Below are positions 8,651-15,319 of a stretch of 32,000 nucleotides of DNA, one piece after another; the stretch's first letter is position 1, and each line of letters opens with the position of its first letter. The position numbers were made by a program, and so were the translations under genes. The DNA is taken from the NCBI RefSeq assembly GCF_019464535.1, contig NZ_CP080507.1, forward strand, positions 2,190,001 to 2,222,000, written 5' to 3'. This stretch comes from Horticoccus luteus. Lineage in GTDB: Bacteria > Verrucomicrobiota > Verrucomicrobiia > Opitutales > Opitutaceae. The notes beneath the pieces were generated by a model. The model was given only the letters and a program-made list of their open reading frames with translations. It was not told the origin of the DNA and did no database searches.

Positions 8651-8713
8651 CGCCTGCCGCCTGCCCTCCGCCGTCCGCCCTCCGTCGTCCGCCGTCCATC
8701 CTCCGCCCTCAGA
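8651..8713 (+). repeat. C-rich heptad tract (9 in-phase units)
   Basis: The units read cgcctgc cgcctgc cctccgc cgtccgc cctccgt cgtccgc cgtccat cctccgc cctcaga. The tract is preceded by a CTCTGCGACGTCCTGTAAAATA module at about 8608-8636. Confidence 0.8.
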
Positions 8714-8743
8714 CTCTCCCCCCCACCACCGCGCCCCGCGCGG

Positions 8744-10606
8744 TCACTCCAAATACGGCGTATACTCCGGCACGAACTCCCGCAGCAGTTGCTTCACCTG
8801 CGCCGGCTCCAACTGGTGCAGCGTCGTGCTCACCTCCAGAAACCGCGCCTCCGCCACCGAAAAATCCCCGCCATTCCCCACGAACCGCATGATCCGCGTG
8901 TGCTGCGTCGGCTGGTGACTCTCATCATGGTGCCGCAGCTCCTCGAAAAGCTTTTCGCCCGGCTTCAACCCCGTGATCTGGATCTCTATATCATCGCCCA
9001 CCTTCAACCCGCTCAACTCGATCATCTGCCGCGCCAGATCGATGATCTTCACCGGCTGACCCATGTCCAAAACGCAGATATCGCCCCCCTTGCCCTGTAC
9101 CGTCGCCTGCAGCACGAGGCCCACTGCCTCCGGGATCGTCATGAAATAACGCGTCACGTCCGGATGCGTCACCGTGATCGGACCGCCCTTGTCGATCTGA
9201 CGCCGGAAAATCGGGATCACGCTCCCTGACGACCCGAGCACGTTGCCAAACCGCACCGCCAGAAACTTCGTCGCCGGATACCGCCGCTGCACCGCGAGCA
9301 ATTGCAGCTCCGCCAACCGCTTCGTCGCACCCATCACGCTCGTCGGGTTGATCGCCTTGTCGGTCGAGATCAGCACAAACGACCGCGTCTCGTGCGCCCC
9401 GGCGAGCGACGCCAGTTCGCGCGTCCCCACCGCGTTGTTGCGCATCGCCTCCGCCGGCTGCCGTTCCATCAGGAACACATGCTTGTGCGCCGCCGCGTGA
9501 AACACCACCGCCGGCCGGTAACGCGTGAAAATATAATCCATCCGCGCGCGATCCAGGATGTCCGCCACCAAGGGCACCGCGACCGTCGCATGGCCCAGCT
9601 CGTTCAACTCCTGTTCGATCAGGAAAAGACTCCCCTCCGATTGCTCCACCATTAGCAGTTGCCGCGGCGCGAGCGCGGCGATCTGCCGGCAGATTTCACT
9701 GCCGATGCTCCCGCCCGACCCCGTCACCATCACCACCTCTCCCTGCACCAGATGACGGATCGCCTCCGCATCGAGCGCCACCGGATCGCGCCCCAGCAAA
9801 TCCTCCACCTGCACCGGCCGGATGCGGCTCGCCCGCACGCGACCCGACGCCAGTTCCGCCATCGATGGCATCGTCTCCACCTTCAACCCCGCCGCCGTCA
9901 TCGCCAGCACGACCTCGCGCACCCGCTTGGCCGTCGCCGTCGGCATCGCGATCACCGCCTTGGTGATTTCATGCTGTTGCAGATAACGCTCGACGGTCTC
10001 CGGCACGCCCACCACCCGCACGCCATGCAACGTCTTGCCATGCTTCGTCCGGTCGTCGTCGAAAAACACCACCGGCCGAAACCCTCGCGAGGGATGCGAA
10101 ATAAATTCGTTGGCCAGCGCCGCCCCCGCATCGCCCGCCCCGATGATCGCAATCCGTTCCTTCACCGCACCCGTCGTTCGGGTGGACGCAAACCGCTCCC
10201 GCGTGATCCGCGCGCTCAACCGCAATCCACACACCCCCGCGATCGCCAGCATGTAGTCCGCCAGCAAGACCCCGCGCGGGATCGTGAAGCCGTTCAACTG
10301 GAGCACGTGCGGGATTAACAACAAGACGCTTACCACCGTGAGCGCCAGCACCACGCGGGTCAGATCGGGGATGCTGAAATACGTCAGCACACTCCCCAGT
10401 TGCCGCGCCCCGATCAGGCCCACCATCTGGAGGCCCACCACGATCGCGATCCACTCGGTGCGAATCTCCTGGTGTAGCAACGGCACCGCGAAATCGAACC
10501 GCAGTTCAAACGCCAGGTAAAACGCCGCCGTCAACGTCGCCAGATAAGCGACCGCCAGCATCAACACCCGTTGATTGCGGGAAAAATTGAGATCGAGATG
10601 AGCCAT
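8744..10606 (-). CDS. Membrane-anchored polysaccharide biosynthesis protein, CapD/PglF/WbpM-like NDP-sugar 4,6-dehydratase
   Basis: It has N-terminal TM helices, two Rossmann motifs (IIGAGDAGAAL and VTGSGGSIGSE), and the strings HAAAHKHV, STDKAINPTSVMGATKR and RFGNVLGSSGSVIP typical of this family. Confidence 0.9.
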   Translation of the reverse strand: MAHLDLNFSRNQRVLMLAVAYLATLTAAFYLAFELRFDFAVPLLHQEIRTEWIAIVVGLQMVGLIGARQLGSVLTYFSIPDLTRVVLALTVVSVLLLIPHVLQLNGFTIPRGVLLADYMLAIAGVCGLRLSARITRERFASTRTTGAVKERIAIIGAGDAGAALANEFISHPSRGFRPVVFFDDDRTKHGKTLHGVRVVGVPETVERYLQQHEITKAVIAMPTATAKRVREVVLAMTAAGLKVETMPSMAELASGRVRASRIRPVQVEDLLGRDPVALDAEAIRHLVQGEVVMVTGSGGSIGSEICRQIAALAPRQLLMVEQSEGSLFLIEQELNELGHATVAVPLVADILDRARMDYIFTRYRPAVVFHAAAHKHVFLMERQPAEAMRNNAVGTRELASLAGAHETRSFVLISTDKAINPTSVMGATKRLAELQLLAVQRRYPATKFLAVRFGNVLGSSGSVIPIFRRQIDKGGPITVTHPDVTRYFMTIPEAVGLVLQATVQGKGGDICVLDMGQPVKIIDLARQMIELSGLKVGDDIEIQITGLKPGEKLFEELRHHDESHQPTQHTRIMRFVGNGGDFSVAEARFLEVSTTLHQLEPAQVKQLLREFVPEYTPYLE

Positions 10607-10659
10607 GTTCTTCTTTGAAATTTTTCTGCCTCAGCGTGGAAAACCGCGGCGCGCGTGCT

Positions 10660-10886
10660 CGGTCATCCGCCATTCGGCCGTTCGTTTAACCACAGATGTA
10701 CACAGATTAACACGGATGGTGGACATGCACGGTTTGAATGGCTCGTTCTTGGTTTTCACTTCGTTCACTTCTGTGAGAAAACGGGATTTACCGATAACCT
10801 GAGGCAGGAAGACTTGTTGAACCACGAATGCACACAAATTTACACGAATGGGCGGAACGCGGTTATTCGATGATCGTTATTCGTTA
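10660..10886 (-). repeat. Inverted-orientation copies of the mosaic modules
   Basis: ttaaccacagatgtacacagattaacacggatgg, cttcgttcacttctgtg, aaccacgaatgcacacaaatttacacgaatgg and cggttattcgatgatcgttattcgttaacc are reverse complements of modules seen at 4215-4690. Confidence 0.75.
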
Positions 10887-10893
10887 ACCAAAC

Positions 10894-11220
10894 AACCACG
10901 GCAGAAGTGATTGTTTAAACCTGCGTCAGGATTCGTGCCCATTCGTGTTTATTCGTGGTTAAAAAATTGGCCGTTGCACCGGCTCAGAGTGTTCTTCCGT
11001 GACCTCGGGTTGGGCTCTCCGTGACCTCTGTGGCAAAGGTCGGAATGCCTGGAAGCGGAGCTTAACCACGGCAGAGGTGATTGTTTAAACCTGCGTTCGG
11101 ATTCGTGCCCATTCGTGTTTATTCGTGGTTAAAAAATTGGCCGTTGCACCGGCTCAGAGTGTTCTTCCGTGACCTCGGGATGGGCTCTCCGTGACCTCTG
11201 TGGCGAAGGTCGGAACGTCT
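10894..11220 (+). repeat. 170-bp tandem duplication (copy A 10894-11050, copy B 11064-11220)
   Basis: My hand alignment finds 7 mismatches over 157 aligned bases. Copy B contains the last roughly 22 codons and the stop of the sugar transferase gene. Copy A keeps a ghost of the same ORF end (FATEVTESPTRGHGRTL*). Confidence 0.9.
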
Positions 11221-11879
11221 GATGCCACGGGTTTGAATTCCGGCATCGTGGCGTCGCCCGCGGCGGAAATGCCTTCGCGACGCAGCACCTTGTAAATCGT
11301 CAGCGCGAGGATGCGCACATCAAGCCCGATCGACCGCGTTTCGACATAGCGTACGTCGCATTCGAATTTCTGCTCCCAGCCCAGCGCATTGCGCCCGCTG
11401 ATCTGCGCGAGCCCCGTCAACCCCGGCGGCACCTCATGTCGCCGCGCCTGCCGCGCGCTGTAGCGCGGCAGATAGTCGACGAGCAACGGCCGCGGACCCA
11501 CGAGACTCATCTCGCCGCGCAGCACATTGATCAATTCCGGCAGCTCATCGAGGGAAGTCGCGCGCAGCCAGCGGCCAAACCGCGTGAGCCGCATGGCATC
11601 GGGCAGCAGACGCCCCTCGGCATCGCGCGCACTCGTCATCGTGCGAAACTTGATCAGCTCGAAGATCGCCGCATTCCGGCCTGGACGCCGCTGACGAAAC
11701 AGTACCGGTGAGCCGAGGTTGATGCGCACGAGCAAGCCCACGACCGCGAGCACCGGCACCCAAACCGGCGCCGACAGCACGACCAAGGTCAGATCGAATC
11801 CGCGTTTCAAAAGCACAGGAGGGTCATTCAACAGCCCACCGCCGTCCCGGGTCAATGCGAACCGCGAGCCGGTTGGCAC
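11154..11879 (-). CDS. Undecaprenyl-phosphate sugar phosphotransferase (bacterial sugar transferase, PglC/WbaP C-terminal type)
   Basis: LKRGFDLTLVVLSAPVWVPVLAVVGLLV...GSPVLFRQRRPGRN...FELIKFRTM...DELPELINVLRGEMSLVGPRP is the canonical PF02397 signature. Confidence 0.9.
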   Translation of the reverse strand: MPTGSRFALTRDGGGLLNDPPVLLKRGFDLTLVVLSAPVWVPVLAVVGLLVRINLGSPVLFRQRRPGRNAAIFELIKFRTMTSARDAEGRLLPDAMRLTRFGRWLRATSLDELPELINVLRGEMSLVGPRPLLVDYLPRYSARQARRHEVPPGLTGLAQISGRNALGWEQKFECDVRYVETRSIGLDVRILALTIYKVLRREGISAAGDATMPEFKPVASDVPTFATEVTESPSRGHGRTL

Positions 11880-11880
11880 G

Positions 11881-11922
11881 CGATTCGATCTGCGTTATTC
11901 GTTACCCGCTATTCGGGCTTCG
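11881..11922 (-). repeat. Short inverted AT-type heptad tract (6 in-phase units NNNTTCG)
   Basis: The units read cgattcg atctgcg ttattcg ttacccg ctattcg ggcttcg, the reverse complement of the CGAATNN type. The tract overlaps the stop and 3-prime end of the four-helix-bundle gene. Confidence 0.6.
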
Positions 11923-12319
11923 CGGTACCGGGCTTCCCGTCCGTCACATGGGTCCGCTTCAAATAGCTGATATACCCATTAATCACCTGCAACGCGCGTT
12001 CAACTTTCTGCCGCCCCTGGCTGATTAAGGATTCCGAAATCAAATCCTCATCGCGGGCGGTAATCAGATGATCGAGCACCTCCGTACACGAACCGCGCGC
12101 ATAGCTGCAGAATTTCGAGTTATCGAGATAATGATACCGCCCGTAGCCCTCTGCAATATTCGCGGTGACAGAACGAGCTGCACGCAAAACCTGATCGCCT
12201 AAACGATACCGCTCTTCGTGGGGCAAGACAGGAAGTACATTGCGATAAACGAACAAACGCAGCTCCCGGCCCGCCTTCCAGCAATCGAGATCCTCAAAAC
12301 TTCGAATCGGTGTACTCAT
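11909..12319 (-). CDS. Four-helix-bundle protein (23S rRNA intervening-sequence protein family, TIGR02436-like)
   Basis: FEDLDCWKAGRELRLFVYR...LGDQVLRAARSVTANIAEGYGRYHYLDNSKFCSYARGSCTEVLDHL is the characteristic family pattern. The gene looks less GC-rich than its neighbours. Confidence 0.9.
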   Translation of the reverse strand: MSTPIRSFEDLDCWKAGRELRLFVYRNVLPVLPHEERYRLGDQVLRAARSVTANIAEGYGRYHYLDNSKFCSYARGSCTEVLDHLITARDEDLISESLISQGRQKVERALQVINGYISYLKRTHVTDGKPGTAKPE

Positions 12320-12330
12320 AGGAGGAGACG

Positions 12331-12475
12331 AACAACGCTTAACGATTAACGCTTAACAACCAACAACGATTAACCACAGCAACGAATGACGAGTAACGCC
12401 CAACGAATAACGAATAACGATTAACGATTAACGACAGCAACGATTAACGATCAACGCTTAACGAATAACGATTTC
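12331..12475 (+). repeat. AT-type heptad tract (AACGNNT units, about 20 units with some phase breaks)
   Basis: ...aacgaat aacgaat aacgatt aacgatt aacgaca... was read directly. Its last units encode the aminotransferase C-terminus (VKSLFVKR) and its stop on the minus strand. Confidence 0.85.
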
Positions 12476-14037
12476 ACCCCCGCCACCACCCGCTCCAAAT
12501 CCGCCCGCGTGAGATTCGAACCCGACGGCAGACACAGCCCGCGCGCGAACAAATCATCCGCCACCTCGCCGCCAAACGTGTCGCAGCCCGCAAACACCGG
12601 CTGCTGGTGCATCGGCTTCCACACCGGCCGGGCCTCGATGTTCTCCTTCAGCAGCGCCTCGCGCAACGCTTCGCGGTCGCACCCAAACTTCGCAGGATCG
12701 ACCGTGATGCACGTCAGCCACCGCGTGCAGCGTCCGAACGCCGCCTCCGGCATGAATTCGATGCCCGGCAGATCGGCGAACGCCGCTTGATAAAACGCGC
12801 AATTCGCCCGCCGGGCATTCACCCGATCCGCGAGCACGCGCAGTTGTCCGCGTCCGATGGCCGCGAGCACATTGCTCATGCGGTAATTGAAGCCGATTTC
12901 GGAATGTTGATAGTGCGGCGCCGGATCGCGCGCCTGCGTGGCGAGAAACCGCGCCTTGTCGATCAACGCCTTGTCCGCCGACACCAACATTCCCCCGCCC
13001 GACGTCGTGATGATCTTGTTCCCGTTGAAGGAAAAAATCCCCAGCCGCCCCACCGTCCCCGGCGCAATCGGTTCCCGCACCGCGGCCGGAGCCCCGGATA
13101 ACGAATCACGAGTAACGGATAACGATTTCCTCCCATCAGATAACGCCCCCCCCGCCGCGTGCGCCGCAGGCGTTATATGCGGCCCGTCCTCCGCCGTCCG
13201 ATGGTCGCCCTCCGTCATCAGCCGTCCGTCCTCCGTCCGCCGTCCGCCCTCCGTCATCAGCCGTCCGTCCTCCGTCCGCCGTCCGCCCTCCGTCGTCCGC
13301 CCTCCGTCGTCCGCCGCGCCTGCGTCCCCGTCCCCGGATAACGGATCACGAGTAACGGATAACGGCAATTTACGATAGTAAATTGCCCCCAACGCCTCCG
13401 CCGCATCCTCGATCAAAGGTACGCCATACTGCGCGCACAGCCCCGCGATCGCGTCGAGATCCGCGCTCTGCCCGTAAAGATGCACCAGTATCACGGCCTT
13501 GGGCAGACGCCCCTTCGCCGCGCGATCCTTCAACGCCTCCTCCAGCCGCGCCGGATCCATATTCCAGCTCGTGCGATCGCTATCGATGAACACCGGCCGC
13601 CCGCCCTCGTAAGCGATGGGATTGACGCTCGCGCTGAACGTCAGCGTCGAGACAAATACCTCGTCTCCCCGCTGCAGCCCGATCAAGCGCAACGCCAAGT
13701 GCAACGCGGCCGTTCCAGACGACAACGCCGCCGCATACATCGGCGCGCCAGCGGCCCCGAATAACGAATCACGAGTAACGGAAAACGATCCCCCCCCCGT
13801 CCGTCCTCCGCCCTCCGCCGTCCGCCCCGCGCCATCCGTCGCCTGCCCTCCGCCCTCCGCCGTCCGCCCCGCGCCAGCGGACAACGGAGCACGAATAACG
13901 TCGACAAATTCGCTCTCGAATTTGTCGACGTGCGGCCCGAGCGGCGCGATCCAGTTGGTCGCGAACGCGTCCTGGACGAGCGACAGCTCATCCGGACCCA
14001 TGTGAGGGGAAGAAAGGTGAATGCGTGGTTTGGTCAC
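12451..14037 (-). CDS. DegT/DnrJ/EryC1/StrS-family PLP-dependent sugar aminotransferase with two in-frame repeat insertions
   Basis: The N-terminus IHLSSPHMGPDELSLVQDAFATNWIAPLGPHVDKFESEF, plus SSGTAALHLAL, EDAAEALGA, the PLP-lysine motif FSFNGNKIITTSGGGMLV and YNYRMSNVLAA-like FNYRMSNVLAAIG, identify the family. At 528 aa it is longer than the roughly 370-400 aa I recall as typical. Confidence 0.85.
   Translation of the reverse strand: MTKPRIHLSSPHMGPDELSLVQDAFATNWIAPLGPHVDKFESEFVDVIRAPLSAGAGRTAEGGGQATDGAGRTAEGGGRTGGGSFSVTRDSLFGAAGAPMYAAALSSGTAALHLALRLIGLQRGDEVFVSTLTFSASVNPIAYEGGRPVFIDSDRTSWNMDPARLEEALKDRAAKGRLPKAVILVHLYGQSADLDAIAGLCAQYGVPLIEDAAEALGAIYYRKLPLSVTRDPLSGDGDAGAADDGGRTTEGGRRTEDGRLMTEGGRRTEDGRLMTEGDHRTAEDGPHITPAAHAAGGALSDGRKSLSVTRDSLSGAPAAVREPIAPGTVGRLGIFSFNGNKIITTSGGGMLVSADKALIDKARFLATQARDPAPHYQHSEIGFNYRMSNVLAAIGRGQLRVLADRVNARRANCAFYQAAFADLPGIEFMPEAAFGRCTRWLTCITVDPAKFGCDREALREALLKENIEARPVWKPMHQQPVFAGCDTFGGEVADDLFARGLCLPSGSNLTRADLERVVAGVKSLFVKR
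13092..13364. repeat. Intragenic insertion B in the aminotransferase, bounded by 33-bp direct repeats
   Basis: CCCCGGATAACGAATCACGAGTAACGGATAACG at 13092-13124 matches 13332-13364 at 32/33 positions, offset exactly 240 bp. Inside is a perfect 39-bp tandem duplication, 13206-13244 and 13245-13283. Confidence 0.9.
13756..13900. repeat. Intragenic insertion A in the aminotransferase
   Basis: ccccgaataacgaatcacgagtaacggaaaacg is followed by C-rich heptads and then ggacaacggagcacgaataacg. A 29-bp exact repeat at 13806-13834 and 13848-13876 is spaced 42 bp apart. Confidence 0.85.
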
Positions 14038-14039
14038 GG

Positions 14040-14632
14040 TAAAGAGGTGAAGCGTTATTCGGTTCGGGTTATTGGATATTCAGAAGACCAAGACGAGTGG
14101 AATTCCGGCCGATCAGCGACAAGCTTCGCCCTGCGGCTTCCGTCAGTCAGCCGCCCGCCCTCCGTGCCCCACGAATAACCGATAACGATCACCGGCACGC
14201 CCCGCCCTCCGCTGTCCGTGCCCCACGAGTAACGGATAACGAGTAACACCGCGCTGCGCGGTCGCCTCCGCCCTCAGTCGTCTGCCATCCGCCCTCCGGC
14301 ATCCGCCCTCCGCCGTCCGTGCCCCACGAGTAACGGATAACGATTAACACCGCGCTGCGCGGTCGCCTCCGCCCTCCGCTTCCTCCGCGCCCTCCTGTAA
14401 AAATGTTTTGCTCGCCCCGGTCGCCGCCTAACAACGAATAACGATTAACGGCTAACGAATAACGATTAACGAGTAACGAATAACGAAGAACGAATAACGA
14501 TTAACGATTAACGAATAACGAATAACGATTAACGGCTAACGAATAACGATTAACGCCGCGCTGCGCGCTCCGCCGTCTGCCCTCCGTCCTCCGCCATCCG
14601 CCATCCGCCGTCCGGCGTCCGCCCTCCGCGCC
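14040..14632 (+). repeat. Large compound repeat spacer; core is 28 consecutive in-phase heptads at 14437-14632
   Basis: 17 AT-type units (aataacg/attaacg/gctaacg/agtaacg, 14437-14555) run without a phase break into 11 C-rich units (ccgcgct ... ccgcgcc, 14556-14632). The tract ends at the base before the vapC stop. Upstream are roughly 101-bp higher-order repeats (14203-14275 and 14303-14376). Confidence 0.9.
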
Positions 14633-15037
14633 TCAACGGCTCCCCTCTCTCGCTGGCTGACCGATCAACTCCACCGCGTCATCCTTGATGCCTGCGTCGA
14701 ACGTCGCCAGCCGCAGCCCGTTTTCACGCGCCAGTTGCGTGAGATACGCATCCGACGTTTTTACCGCCGTCGAAGCCCAGCGTGGCAGACGCGGCGATGG
14801 CGCAACCGCAATGAATCCTCCCACGTGCTCCTTCAACAAGGATAGGGCCTCTGACGCTTGCGCCAGACTGTAGCCAAACACCTGCATCGACACCCGCAAA
14901 AACCCAAGTTCAGTATGGGCGCAGGTCCAGAGATGGGAACGCCCTGCCTGCTTGGCCCAAGTGTGAAATGCCGCGTGATGCGATGAATCGCTGTGTTCCC
15001 ACGCGAGAAGGGCATTCACATCGAGGAGGTATTTCAC
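14633..15037 (-). CDS. vapC: PIN-domain ribonuclease toxin, VapC family
   Basis: MKYLLDVNALLAWEHSDSSHHAAFHTW...TELGFLRV...SDAYLTQLARENGLRLATFD matches the VapC (TIGR00028-like) pattern. It overlaps the upstream antitoxin ORF by 4 bp. Confidence 0.85.
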   Translation of the reverse strand: MKYLLDVNALLAWEHSDSSHHAAFHTWAKQAGRSHLWTCAHTELGFLRVSMQVFGYSLAQASEALSLLKEHVGGFIAVAPSPRLPRWASTAVKTSDAYLTQLARENGLRLATFDAGIKDDAVELIGQPAREGSR

Positions 15038-15276
15038 GGGAAATCAGCGAGCGCCGCCCGGATTTCCTCTTCCGTCACCACGCGGCCGGTGCCTGCTGCG
15101 TTGTGGGGCAAACCCGAAACCGGATGCTTCCGACGAACAATTTTAGTCGCCTGCCGTTCAGTTTCACCGAGTGCCGCCTTCCGGAGGTAGGCGGAAACCG
15201 ACGACTTAGCGGCCCGGGCCTTGTCCCGAATCCGCTGTGCCGACGCGGGATCCACTTTGAAACTGATAACGGGCAT
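15034..15276 (-). CDS. vapB: Antitoxin (RHH/CopG-like, VapB-type)
   Basis: This 80-aa ORF overlaps vapC by 4 bp. The N-terminal MPVISFKVDPASAQRIRDKARAAKSSVSAYLRKAAL is a ribbon-helix-helix-like segment. Confidence 0.7.
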   Translation of the reverse strand: MPVISFKVDPASAQRIRDKARAAKSSVSAYLRKAALGETERQATKIVRRKHPVSGLPHNAAGTGRVVTEEEIRAALADFP

Positions 15277-15319
15277 GGTATTACTTTATTACCCAATGTC
15301 TCCCGACGCGTCAAGCCGC

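Noticed and set aside
12513-12523. tRNA T-loop-like string (reverse complement GGGTTCGAATC)
   Set aside because: The flanking bases do not form a T-stem or acceptor stem, and the string lies inside the conserved C-terminal part of the aminotransferase CDS.
13085-13390. Intein, or a mobile intron or IS element, as the explanation for the intragenic insertions
   Set aside because: There are no intein splice motifs or endonuclease domain, no transposase or RT ORF, and no terminal inverted repeats. The sequence is simple-repeat material bounded by direct repeats. RNA-level removal cannot be excluded from sequence alone.
14437-14632. Possible CRISPR array (and likewise the 4215-4622 tandem units)
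   Set aside because: The repeat unit is 7 bp with no unique spacers. The 200-bp units are whole-unit duplications. There are no 25-40-bp repeats alternating with unique spacers of similar length, and no cas genes.
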